A stretch of DNA of 64,000 nucleotides from an uncultured Acidobacteriota bacterium (lineage in GTDB: Bacteria; Acidobacteriota; JAQAZP01), in assembly GCA_963836075.1 (NCBI GenBank), contig CAWIIB010000001.1, positions 1,536,001-1,600,000 of the forward strand, written 5' to 3'. Below, piece after piece: positions 40,093 through 49,577 of the stretch. Position 1 is the stretch's first letter. The number at the start of each line of letters is the position of its first letter. Position numbers and translations under genes: made by a program. The notes below the pieces were generated by a model. That model had not been told where the DNA came from, made no database searches, and saw nothing but the letters and a program-made list of their open reading frames with translations.

Positions 40093-43000
40093 CGCTCAGG
40101 AAAAATCCTCACGACGGGCGGGCCGAAGGCCAACGGCGGCGTATTTTAAGCCCGCCCTGCCCTTCTCCGGTTCGTAAGAAAAATTCAAGGAGGGGCAACA
40201 TGTCATCACCTCGGAATAGCTGCTTCATTCTTGCAGCCGGCATCAATAAATTCACCCCTCACATCCAATGTGTTCACCAGCGGACGTTCCTGATGAAGAA
40301 CGGGCAATCCGTTCCATTGGTATTTTCTTGCGGCCATCTCGAGTCCACCCCTGAACATCAGATGCGGTGGGTTTTGTATCTCATCTGAATGGAGGAAAGA
40401 AAAATGTGGAACACCATTCGATTATCACTGTTTGCATCAGGGCTTTTGTTCTTTCTGGCATTCTTTTCTCCGGCGGGATGGGGCGCTGAAGATCTGTGGT
40501 CCGACGTGGTGAGTGGGGTTGTGACACCCTCCCTCACCGCGGGCGAGGCGGGATTGACGGTGCTGGACGTGACCGAGGAACAGAGAAGGTCCGCACTTTC
40601 CCGAGGAGCCGGTGATCAGTATTTTCTCTCCATGGCTGGATGGGACGACGGGAGTGAATACGGTTACGCCGTCGAGCCCACCTCGGACGGCGGATTCATC
40701 GCGGCCGGCCGGACCAACAGCCTTGGCGGTGGGTTTTACGATGTGCTGCTGGTGAAATATGACAGTTCGGGAGCGCTGGAATGGGCCAGAGCGGCGGGGG
40801 GTGCATCAACCGAAGCCGCCAACGATGTCATCGAAACCGCGGATGGCGGATATCTGGTTGCCGGCATCACCGTCAGTTTCGGAGCCGGGGGACAGGATGT
40901 CCTGATGCTCAAGTTTGACAGCTCCGGGACGCTGCAGTGGTCCCGCACCGCCGGGGGAACAGGTCATGACAGTGGCCTCTCAATGGACCGTACCCTGGAT
41001 GACTGCTTCATCATCGCCGGCTACACCGGCAGTTTCGGTGCGGGCGACGATGATGTGCTCCTGCTCAAGTATGACGATGCCGGGACCCTGCTCTGGGCGC
41101 GGACTTACGGAGGGGCTGACGAGGACAAGGGGAACGCCGTCTGCACCGTGAACGATGGCGGCTATATCATCGCCGGGGAGACCAACAGCTTCGGCGTGGT
41201 GGAGTCTGATGCCCTGGTGCTCAAGCTTGACAGTGCCGGCACCCTGGCCTGGGCCTACACTGCCGGCGGATCGCCGTGGTCGGAGCGGGCATTCGGTGTT
41301 TGCCAGACCACCGAGAACCTCGTCATCGTCACCGGGTATGCCAACAGTTTCGGCGCCGGTGACCTGGATATCTTCACCATGGTATTCGATATTTACGGCG
41401 TGTCCGGTCCCATGCGGACCGTTGGCGGACCGGAGTCCGAGCGGGGCTACAGTGTCCGCCCCACCATCGACGGCGGCTTCGTTGTGGCCGGGTACACCGA
41501 GAATTATGGCGCCGGTGAGGATGATTGGCTGGTGCTGAAGTTTGACAAGTTCGATTCGATGGAGTGGGCGAGGACCGTTGGCGGCGACGGCTTTGATTTC
41601 CTCCACGATATCGCGCCGCAGGAAGATGGCGGCTATCTCATGGCCGGGTACAGCACCAGCTTTGGCGCGCTGGGCTGGGATCTTCTGGTGGCTCGGACGG
41701 ACGCCCGGGGGATGATCCATGGCTGTCCGCACATCGCCCTCTGTAATCCCGAAGTGAACAACTATCTCCCCACGATTCTTTCTCCGGCGGTCACCGTGGG
41801 CACACCGGCCCTGACCACCGGATCGCCCTCGGTGACGGTAGTGGCGCAAGTGCCCGATAAAACGGGGATTTGCAGTTTCACTTACCCCTATCCGGAATAC
41901 GCCATGCTGGCCACCGGCGGCGCCTTGAACGACACCAGTGTGTCTGTCCGCGATACCCCGGATGGCGGCCTCCTGGTGGCCGGAGCCACCAACGGGTATG
42001 GCGTGGGCGGTTTTGATATCCTGCTGATCAAATACGACAGTTCGGGACTGCTCCAGTGGGCCCGGACCGCGGGTGGAGTGGATGACGAGATGGCCTGGGA
42101 CATGGAACTGACCTCGGACGGCGGCTGTATCGTATCCGGATACACCTACAGCTACGGTGTGGGCAACGGATACCGCGACGCACTGATCGTCAGGTTCGAC
42201 CACGCGGGAAACCTGCTCTGGGCCCGCACGGCAGGGGGCACCTACTGGGAAGATGCCTACGATGTGTGCGAAACCTCGGACGGCGGCTTCATTGTCACGG
42301 GAGAAACCGGGAGCGTCGGGCCGGGTTACGACCACGACGTGATGCTGCTCAAATATGACAGCGGCGGCACTCTGGAATGGGCACGTACGGCCGGCGGCGA
42401 TAAAGATGACGAAGGGAAATCGGTATGCGAGACGCCCTTTGGGGAATACGTGGTCACCGGATTCAGCCAGAGCTTCAACACCTCCAACGACTTTGACATC
42501 ATCCTCTTCAGGTTCACCGGCAGCGGTTCGCTCGTGTGGACCCGCGTGGTGGGGGGCGATTCCTGGGACTGGGGGAACAGCGTCCAGATGACCGATGACT
42601 ACGACATCGTCATAGCAGGATACAGCAGCGGCTATGGCGAGGGCGGATCGGCCCTGCTGGTCAAGTTCAGTATGCTCGGAAACATGTATTGGGCCCGGGC
42701 CGCGGGTGGGGCCTCATTTGAGGAGGCGCACGCCATGGACATGACGTCTGACGGCGGATTCGTGGTGACCGGCCGGACCAGCAGTTTCGGTCCCGGAACA
42801 CCCGACGCGATCAACCTCTTCCTCTGGAAATTCGGCTATGGTGGTACTCTGGAATGGGCCAGGGCGGCCGGTGGTGACGGGGAGGAGAACGGCCTCTCGG
42901 TGAAGGAGACCGCTGACGGCGGGTTTGCGGCAAGCGGCTTCACCCTGAACAGTTATGGCGCCGGACAGTATGATGCGTTCCTCCTTCGCACCGATGCATC

Positions 43001-43508
43001 GGGCCTGATCGACAACTGCCCGAATCTGGTCCCGTGCAGCCCGGTGGTGGATGTGGTTGACCCCGCCGTCCAGGAACCCTCGCTCAGCGAGCAGATCCCT
43101 TCATTCACCTACACCAGCCCCAATCTGTACACCGGGAGCGCTTCCCCGAACAATGAGGCCGTCTGCCCTGTTGATTCGACCGTTGCGGCGGAGATGACCT
43201 GCACCCCGCCGGCGGGCGTCCTGCCCTTCGTCTCCCAGATGAGGGTTGAGCTGACCAACCAGTACACGGGCCTGACCCGCCGGGTCGCCGGACGGATCAA
43301 CGTCACCCTGGCCAGCGGCAAGTATTACCCCAACTGGCGGGCCGGTTCCACCAATGTCCAGCCCGGCAGCACCTACGTCACCAGCTGGAACCAGCCGATC
43401 CCGGCCCTGGCTCCCCTGGTGGGTGAGAACCTGTTCCGGCTGGTGGCCGCGGATGTGACACCGGCGCCCTACAACCAGCCGCCCTATCCGCCGGCAGGGG
43501 ACACCGAC
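39743..43508 (+). repeat. ~310-bp near-identical direct repeat (39743-40055 vs 43195-43508) encoding the shared C-terminal module; more diverged copy at ~35980-36295
   Basis: About a dozen mismatches by manual comparison, mostly at third codon positions. Confidence 0.85.
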
Positions 43509-43544
43509 ACGGACACGGAGACGGTTACCGGTCTTGCGCCGTGA
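40404..43544 (+). CDS. Secreted double beta-propeller protein (different repeat type) with the 122-aa C-terminal module
   Basis: SD GGAGG; repeats 'T.DGG.IIAG.T.SFGAG..D..L.K.D..G.L.WARTAGG'. Confidence 0.8.
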   Translation: MWNTIRLSLFASGLLFFLAFFSPAGWGAEDLWSDVVSGVVTPSLTAGEAGLTVLDVTEEQRRSALSRGAGDQYFLSMAGWDDGSEYGYAVEPTSDGGFIAAGRTNSLGGGFYDVLLVKYDSSGALEWARAAGGASTEAANDVIETADGGYLVAGITVSFGAGGQDVLMLKFDSSGTLQWSRTAGGTGHDSGLSMDRTLDDCFIIAGYTGSFGAGDDDVLLLKYDDAGTLLWARTYGGADEDKGNAVCTVNDGGYIIAGETNSFGVVESDALVLKLDSAGTLAWAYTAGGSPWSERAFGVCQTTENLVIVTGYANSFGAGDLDIFTMVFDIYGVSGPMRTVGGPESERGYSVRPTIDGGFVVAGYTENYGAGEDDWLVLKFDKFDSMEWARTVGGDGFDFLHDIAPQEDGGYLMAGYSTSFGALGWDLLVARTDARGMIHGCPHIALCNPEVNNYLPTILSPAVTVGTPALTTGSPSVTVVAQVPDKTGICSFTYPYPEYAMLATGGALNDTSVSVRDTPDGGLLVAGATNGYGVGGFDILLIKYDSSGLLQWARTAGGVDDEMAWDMELTSDGGCIVSGYTYSYGVGNGYRDALIVRFDHAGNLLWARTAGGTYWEDAYDVCETSDGGFIVTGETGSVGPGYDHDVMLLKYDSGGTLEWARTAGGDKDDEGKSVCETPFGEYVVTGFSQSFNTSNDFDIILFRFTGSGSLVWTRVVGGDSWDWGNSVQMTDDYDIVIAGYSSGYGEGGSALLVKFSMLGNMYWARAAGGASFEEAHAMDMTSDGGFVVTGRTSSFGPGTPDAINLFLWKFGYGGTLEWARAAGGDGEENGLSVKETADGGFAASGFTLNSYGAGQYDAFLLRTDASGLIDNCPNLVPCSPVVDVVDPAVQEPSLSEQIPSFTYTSPNLYTGSASPNNEAVCPVDSTVAAEMTCTPPAGVLPFVSQMRVELTNQYTGLTRRVAGRINVTLASGKYYPNWRAGSTNVQPGSTYVTSWNQPIPALAPLVGENLFRLVAADVTPAPYNQPPYPPAGDTDTDTETVTGLAP

Positions 43545-43553
43545 TGAGGTGAA

Positions 43554-45239
43554 CTACTGGATGTAGCCGAGGTTGCGCAGCTTTTCCATCTCCCGCTCCC
43601 GGTTGGGGTCCGGGGCATACTGTCTGGAGACGGTGCGCAGCAGCGTGGTGCGGTCGGTGCCCGAGTATTCCGGGATCATGCGGATAGGCTGTCGCTGGAG
43701 GCGCTCGGGAGTGACCGCCTCCTCCAGCACACCGCCCTGGGCCGGGGCCAGGGCCATCATCCTCCCGTCCTGGGGCAGGCCCAGCAGGTAGAGCAGGGTG
43801 GGCGCCACCTGGTAAAGGGTGGCCGGTTCGGTGAGTGTTGCCGGCTGGATGTCCTGGCCGTGGAGGATCACCACGCCCTCCAGCCGGTGGGCCCCGGAGA
43901 TGTCGCTGTGGCGCATCCGCACCTGGACGAAATCGTATCCCTCCTGCCCTTCCCACGCCTTGTCGGTAAACAGCGCCTCGGGTGAGAAGCGCACGGTGGC
44001 TGCGGGATCACCGGACTGCCAGCCGGGATCGGTGGTGTGGTTCACGACCATCTCGAACAGTGGCTGGTTCTCATCGGTGTGCAGGGTTCTCAAACGGTGA
44101 CAGATCTCTTCGGCCTGCTCCAACCCTGCCTGGTCAAGCCAGACCCGCTTGTCGTGACGATACATCTCGTCGATGGCATAGACCTCTCCCCCGCCGCCCT
44201 CCTTCATCAGCCCCAGCTCCTGCAGCAGCAGTTCCAGCCGGAAATGGTAGGCCTCGCCGGGCTGGATCGGGCCGCCGCCATGGTCGGAGACGATGACCAG
44301 GGTAACGTTTTCCGGCGCCAGTTCACGGATCTCACCGAGGAAGTGGTCCATCAGCCGGTAGTAGGCACTGATCACATTGGCCCGTGAGACATCCGGAGAG
44401 CCGTCCTGGGGGAACTGCTGGGAAGCCGGGTCCATGTGCCGCCAGGTGATGTGCTGGGCCACGTCGGTGCCGGAGAAGTAGACGGCCACAAACGGTGTTT
44501 GTTCCCCTTGGGCCACCACGCGCAGGGCGGCCATGCTGCGGGCATCGTTGACCAGCGTGTCCCGGAGAAACTTGCTCCGGGCGATCTCCTGGGCCAGTGG
44601 GCCGGGCATGCGCACCACGGCCTGGTCTTGCAGTGTGTCGGCGAACCGTTCGGGGTGCACCTGTCCCGGCTGGGGCGATTCAGGGTCGAAGCCCTTGGAG
44701 ATGTAGTAGCCGTCGATGGCCTCGGCGGGAAAGGAGCCGAACCAGTTGATCACCGTCGACCTGAGCCCGGCGGTCCCGGCCAGTTCCCAGACCGCCGGTG
44801 ACCGGCGGTCCGGCGGGCCGCTCTCCACCACGTCGTAACTGCCCGGCAGCTTGACCAGGAAGTTGAGCACCCCGTGCTGGAAGCGCGGCATGCCGGTGGC
44901 GATGGTGGCCCAGAGCGCGGGGGAGATGGTCGGCTCTTCGGAGAGCAGCGTTCCGCTGGTCCCTTCGCTGGACAACTCCGCGAAGTTGGGCAACTCTCCC
45001 CGGTCGATCATCGGCTGCAGCAGGTCCCAGGTGATGCCGTCGATGCCCACCAGCCACACCGGCCCCGAGGCGGCAGAAGACCGGACCGGACCGCCCGGCT
45101 GCAGGGGGTAGGTCATTCCGGGGAAATCAGCCAGCGTCTTCTCCGCCGGAAAGACCGGCATCTGAAAATCGTCCTCGGGCGCGGAACACCCGGCCATGGC
45201 CAGGGTGAGGATCAGGGCGATGAAGCGATGAATACGGAT
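43554..45239 (-). CDS. Alkaline-phosphatase-superfamily (nucleotide pyrophosphatase/phosphodiesterase-like) lipoprotein
   Basis: VGIDGITW, PTISPALWATIATG, TDVAQH, VSDHG, SGAH and LRNLGYI. The signal peptide with lipobox MAGC requires a start upstream of ATG 45197, probably ATC 45239. Confidence 0.8.
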   Translation of the reverse strand: MRIHRFIALILTLAMAGCSAPEDDFQMPVFPAEKTLADFPGMTYPLQPGGPVRSSAASGPVWLVGIDGITWDLLQPMIDRGELPNFAELSSEGTSGTLLSEEPTISPALWATIATGMPRFQHGVLNFLVKLPGSYDVVESGPPDRRSPAVWELAGTAGLRSTVINWFGSFPAEAIDGYYISKGFDPESPQPGQVHPERFADTLQDQAVVRMPGPLAQEIARSKFLRDTLVNDARSMAALRVVAQGEQTPFVAVYFSGTDVAQHITWRHMDPASQQFPQDGSPDVSRANVISAYYRLMDHFLGEIRELAPENVTLVIVSDHGGGPIQPGEAYHFRLELLLQELGLMKEGGGGEVYAIDEMYRHDKRVWLDQAGLEQAEEICHRLRTLHTDENQPLFEMVVNHTTDPGWQSGDPAATVRFSPEALFTDKAWEGQEGYDFVQVRMRHSDISGAHRLEGVVILHGQDIQPATLTEPATLYQVAPTLLYLLGLPQDGRMMALAPAQGGVLEEAVTPERLQRQPIRMIPEYSGTDRTTLLRTVSRQYAPDPNREREMEKLRNLGYIQ

Positions 45240-45403
45240 GACGGTCTCCTTTTACCGGATGTGTTGACGACGGTTGCTCAAGCCTAGTGGAAAGGCCCGG
45301 CACGATCAAGAAGCCTGGTACATTTCTTTTACAAACCAAGAACAACTTTTTCATGGCCCCCAATGGCTGAGGTGCTAGGATCGATTCAGCCAAAAGGAGG
45401 CTC

Positions 45404-46498
45404 ATGATGATTCCGAAACTCACCATCGGCAGTATCACGGCGGATCTACCCATCGTCCAGGGCGGCATGGGGGTGCGGGTATCGCTGGCCTCCCTGGCTT
45501 CGGCCGTGGCCAACGAGGGCGGCATCGGCACCATATCCAGCATTGGGCTGGGTGACATCGAGGCCTCCAAGGACAAATACGAGCAAACGTCCCGCGAGGC
45601 GTTGGTCACCGAGATACGGAAGGCAAAAGGCATGACCGACGGCCACCTGGCCGTCAATATCATGGGTGTGCTCTCCAACGCCGATGACCTGATTACCGCT
45701 TCGGTGAAGGAAGGGATCAATATCATCGTCTACGGCGCCGGCCTGCCCACAAAAACTCCCGCCCTTGTGGATGGTTACGATGTGAACCTGGTGCCGATCA
45801 TCAGCTCGGTGAGGATCGCCGAGTTCATTCTCCGGTCCTGGGACAAACGGTTCAGCCGGATCCCCGAGGCGTTTATCCTGGAAGGGCCCCTGGCCGGCGG
45901 GCATCTCGGTTTCTCAAACGAACAACTGGAAAATCTGGACGACTTCTCTCTCGAACTCCTGCTGCCTGCGGTGCTGGAAGCGATCAAGCCGTACGAGGAT
46001 AAATACGGCCGGAAGATCCCCATCATCCCGGCCGGGGGCATCTATACCGGCGGTGACATCGCCCGGATGCTGAGTCTGGGCGCCTCGGGCGTGCAGATGG
46101 GCACCCGGTTCGTGGTGACCGAGGATTGCGGTGTATCGCAGGAGTTCAAGCAGGCCTATATCGATGCCACGGAAGAGGACATCGTGATCATCAAGAGCCC
46201 GGTGGGCATGCCGGGCCGGGCCATCCGCAACCCGTTCCTCAAGCATCTGGAAGGGGATGGAAGACACCGGATCCGCTGCCACTACCGCTGTCTCACCGCC
46301 TGCAAGGTGGACAAGGCCAGATACTGCATCGCCGACGCCCTGGTGAAGTCTTACTTCGGCGACGTGGACAACGGCCTGATCTTCTGCGGGCAGAACGCCC
46401 ACCGGGTGGACAGGATAACCACGGTCAAGGAACTGTTCCACGAACTGGTCACCGAATTGACCGCCGAACTGGAAGCAGAGCTGTCGGCCACTGGCTGA
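45404..46498 (+). CDS. Nitronate monooxygenase/FabK-like FMN oxidoreductase
   Basis: PIVQGGMGVRVS, EGPLAGGHLG, AGGIYTG, GASGVQMGTRF and SPVGMPGRA. Confidence 0.9.
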   Translation: MMIPKLTIGSITADLPIVQGGMGVRVSLASLASAVANEGGIGTISSIGLGDIEASKDKYEQTSREALVTEIRKAKGMTDGHLAVNIMGVLSNADDLITASVKEGINIIVYGAGLPTKTPALVDGYDVNLVPIISSVRIAEFILRSWDKRFSRIPEAFILEGPLAGGHLGFSNEQLENLDDFSLELLLPAVLEAIKPYEDKYGRKIPIIPAGGIYTGGDIARMLSLGASGVQMGTRFVVTEDCGVSQEFKQAYIDATEEDIVIIKSPVGMPGRAIRNPFLKHLEGDGRHRIRCHYRCLTACKVDKARYCIADALVKSYFGDVDNGLIFCGQNAHRVDRITTVKELFHELVTELTAELEAELSATG

Positions 46499-48862
46499 TC
46501 AGTAGACACCACCGGCCGCTGTCCCGCCCATCATCAACTGCAGGTCCTGGTAAGCGTCGAAGTCACAGCCGTCAAGCAGGCTCACTTCGCCGCCGTCCAC
46601 GTTCCAGACACAGACCCGGGCGCCCCGGGCGGCGTCCGGTCCGGGGATGGTGATGATTTCCTCCCGGCCGTCAAAGTCGAGGTCGGCAGTGGCCACCGAC
46701 ACACCGAACATTCCCTCCGGATAGGCGAAGAAGTTCACCGACTCCATCGGCGTCACCTGCGACCCGTCCCAGTTCCAGGCCCGCACCTGGGGGCCGAACA
46801 TCGCCCCGGGGCCCGGGCCGGTGATAATCGATTCCACCTCGTTGCCGCTCAGGTCGCCACAGGCCACGTTGACCCCGTACCTGTTTGTCCCGTAAGCCAT
46901 GAAGGAAAGCCCGGTCAGCGCTGCCACCTGGCCGGCCTCCGAATTGTAGGACCAGCCGCGCACATGGGGGCCGAACACCGCCCCCGGCCCCGCGCCGGTG
47001 ACGATCTCGTCCTGCAGGTCGCCGTTCAGGTCGCCGCAGGCCACGTTGACCCCATACTTGTTCGTCCCGTAGGCAAAAAAGCTCAGTCCGGGGAAGGGAA
47101 CCACCCCGCCAACCCTGTCGTATCGCCAGCCCCGCACGTGGGGGCCGAACACCGCCCCCGGCCCCGCGCCGGTGACGATGTCGTCATAGCTGTCGTACAC
47201 GCTGAAATCGAGGTTGCCGGCGGCCACGTTCACCCCGTACTTGTTCGTGCCGTAAGCCAGAAAGCTCAGCCCGGGCAGCGGGTCGCCCAGCGGTGTGAAC
47301 CCGCGGACGTGGGGACCGAAGACCGCGCCGGGCCCGGGACCGGTGATGATGATCGCCGTCTCACCGCCAAACAGGTCGCCCGCGGCCACGTTCACCCCGT
47401 ACGCCGCAACCCCGTAAGACATCCACTGGCGGACCGGCTGAGCGGGGGCGGCAGTGTCGTGCAGCCGGACCAGCGGCGGATTGACCACTGCCGGGCCTGG
47501 TCCGGTGACTACCACCGCTGTGGGGCCGCGGTCAAGGTAGGCGGTGAGGAACTCGTTCCAACCTGTATCGGTGCAGAAGTCCAGCGACGAGGTGGTGTAA
47601 CTGTCATCGTAGTAGCGGCTGTCCCCGGGAAAGTAGAGGGTCAGCCCGCCGGCCCCGGGCTGTCCGGTGCCGTGGCACTCCGCGATCACCGCCCGGTCCA
47701 TCGCCTCACCCAGGCCTCCCAGATCCTGGAGCAGCACCGGGTCGCTCTCCAGCGCGGCCAGCCGCCGGGTAAAATCGAGCAGGTCCACGTCCACCATCTG
47801 GTACCGCCCGCCCCAGCTGTCGGTGAGGAAGTGCCTCGACATCCCCCGGGCCACCGAGAGACGCTCACCGCAACTGTCCAGCCGTTCCACCAGGTGCCCG
47901 GCCAGGCTGTCCAGTCCGACGGCCACGTCACCCAGCTCGCCGGCCCGGACGGCACTCATGGTCCTGTAGCTCATGAACCAGGGATCGATTTCGTTGGCCT
48001 CCACCAGAGAGACGATAGTGGCGGCGATCTCGTCCACCGGAGGCTGAGGCGTTGTGTTGAGCAAGTGGCACATTTCGTCGATCATGCCCCGCCAGTGGAT
48101 GTAGCCGCTGACGTCCTCACTGCCGATATAGACCTCCACCCAGTCCCGCAGTTCATAAGCCGCTTCAAAGGAGCCCATGTTGCAGGGGGCGGTGAAGGCG
48201 ATGATGTCCACGCCGCCGGCCTCCTCGAAGGCCTGCTGGAACTCATCCATGGTCAGCCAGTCGAACCCGCTGCTGGTGTCGAGGCAGGCGCCGCTCCAGC
48301 TCATGCCGTGATCATAGACACCGAGAAAGTAACGATTGGCGGGGTAGTTGGTTTTGCCCCAGGCAATGAAATCCCGCAGGGTGGCAGAGTCACCCATGTT
48401 CGGCTCGCCCCAGTCCTCCAGCAGGGTCAGGCTGTGGTCGGCCTCCACGCGCCAGAGGGTGGCCGGGCCGGTTTCCAGGTCCTGCAGCACCACCACGTCG
48501 AGATGGTCGCCGGAGAATGCCTCGGCGGCGAAGTCTGCCAGTGGGGCGTAGGCGTCGGTAAAATCCGCGTCAGCATAAAAGAGGTAGGTCCAGGTCTCGC
48601 CGCCGCCGGCGGTGGCAGCGCCACTCCCCTTTGCCTCTTCCCTGCGGACTGGTGGACGGGCGGACCGGTCACCGTCGTCGCCCGAGTGATGGTCCAGCTG
48701 GCTGAAGATCCCGTCCCGTTGGGGGATCAATCCAACAACTTGTGACGGAATCTCGGTTCCCGCTGCAACAGTGGCAACCATACCGGCGAACAACATGGCA
48801 GCGATCGCCCACCTCAGCATCATGGCCGGACAATCTTCCCTCAGCGGAGATATTTTCATCAC
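46499..48862 (-). CDS. Clostripain-family (C11) cysteine peptidase plus C-terminal FG-GAP-like module
   Basis: WTYLFYADAD, EPNMGD..TL..FI, YDHG..W (His), APCNMG (Cys) and GSED; shared module from ~47517. Confidence 0.85.
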   Translation of the reverse strand: MMKISPLREDCPAMMLRWAIAAMLFAGMVATVAAGTEIPSQVVGLIPQRDGIFSQLDHHSGDDGDRSARPPVRREEAKGSGAATAGGGETWTYLFYADADFTDAYAPLADFAAEAFSGDHLDVVVLQDLETGPATLWRVEADHSLTLLEDWGEPNMGDSATLRDFIAWGKTNYPANRYFLGVYDHGMSWSGACLDTSSGFDWLTMDEFQQAFEEAGGVDIIAFTAPCNMGSFEAAYELRDWVEVYIGSEDVSGYIHWRGMIDEMCHLLNTTPQPPVDEIAATIVSLVEANEIDPWFMSYRTMSAVRAGELGDVAVGLDSLAGHLVERLDSCGERLSVARGMSRHFLTDSWGGRYQMVDVDLLDFTRRLAALESDPVLLQDLGGLGEAMDRAVIAECHGTGQPGAGGLTLYFPGDSRYYDDSYTTSSLDFCTDTGWNEFLTAYLDRGPTAVVVTGPGPAVVNPPLVRLHDTAAPAQPVRQWMSYGVAAYGVNVAAGDLFGGETAIIITGPGPGAVFGPHVRGFTPLGDPLPGLSFLAYGTNKYGVNVAAGNLDFSVYDSYDDIVTGAGPGAVFGPHVRGWRYDRVGGVVPFPGLSFFAYGTNKYGVNVACGDLNGDLQDEIVTGAGPGAVFGPHVRGWSYNSEAGQVAALTGLSFMAYGTNRYGVNVACGDLSGNEVESIITGPGPGAMFGPQVRAWNWDGSQVTPMESVNFFAYPEGMFGVSVATADLDFDGREEIITIPGPDAARGARVCVWNVDGGEVSLLDGCDFDAYQDLQLMMGGTAAGGVY

Positions 48863-48894
48863 GCGCGTCCTTCATCGGGTGTGAGTAAGGCGAA

Positions 48895-48921
48895 ATACAC
48901 TGGTGACTGTCACCGGTGTAT
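48895..48921. repeat. Isolated REP-like hairpin
   Basis: atacactggtga-ctg-tcaccggtgtat with core GGTGACTGTCACC. Confidence 0.5.
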
Positions 48922-48988
48922 CGGTGCATGGAATTATACAACCGGCAGGGATGGAAAAGGTGACCGTCGCCTGGATTCCGGCGGCCCG

Positions 48989-49258
48989 TCAGGAACTGCT
49001 GAACGTCACCCAGTTGGCGCACAAACCGGAGTAGGCATAGGACTGGGTGGTGCCACCGGGTCCGTAACCAACGCCAACAGACCCGCTCACCGATTCGCTG
49101 CCGCCGAATCCACTTCCCAGATGGCCGGTGAATGTATCATAGGGCGAAGCGAAGTGCCAGGAGCCGGGCGGCGGGTCGGGGTTCTTGGCGCAGGCCAGCG
49201 CATCAGTTTCAAATGATTTTTCGGACTGGATGTCAGGCTTGAGGTAGGTCCTTCTCAT
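48989..49258 (-). CDS. 89-aa small protein, RiPP-precursor-like
   Basis: SD GGAGG upstream of ATG 49258. Leader MRRTYLKPDIQSEKSFETDALAC, followed by a Gly/Ser/aromatic-rich core with two Cys. Confidence 0.7.
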   Translation of the reverse strand: MRRTYLKPDIQSEKSFETDALACAKNPDPPPGSWHFASPYDTFTGHLGSGFGGSESVSGSVGVGYGPGGTTQSYAYSGLCANWVTFSSS

Positions 49259-49577
49259 CAACTGTCCTCCCTGGTGGTGGTAAGGAATCAGCAAGGATAT
49301 TGTCCATGAATACCACAATCGAGGTAAAAACCATGAACAATTCTTCTAACTGCATGTGAAATGTAATCAATTGCCCGGCCGACATCGGTGTCCGCAGCCG
49401 GGACGGGATCATCTGATCTGATCCCCTGCTGAAATACCTTGTCCTTCGGGACGGAAAACCCTATTAATATAGTAAAACCGCACAGGCCAGGTGAGCGCCA
49501 ATCCGGTTCCGTGAGCCGTAGTCCATGCCGAGGACCGGGCACCGCAAGCCGGTTTCCAGCACGCAAGGGGGACGCAG

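Noticed and set aside
39743-43508. Diversity-generating retroelement TR/VR pair
   Set aside because: Both copies are coding, mismatches are mostly synonymous and not adenine-specific, and there is no reverse transcriptase in the window.
48870-48991. Sec read-through at the TGA stop of the small peptide (and of other TGA-ending genes such as the rhodanese and decaheme)
   Set aside because: There is no protein-like in-frame continuation, and the decaheme stop is followed directly by the next gene's SD.
49480-49577. Possible c-di-GMP riboswitch (gggacgca-like words) upstream of the cytidylate-kinase-like gene
   Set aside because: The GGCAAA/GNRA-receptor two-stem architecture could not be built.
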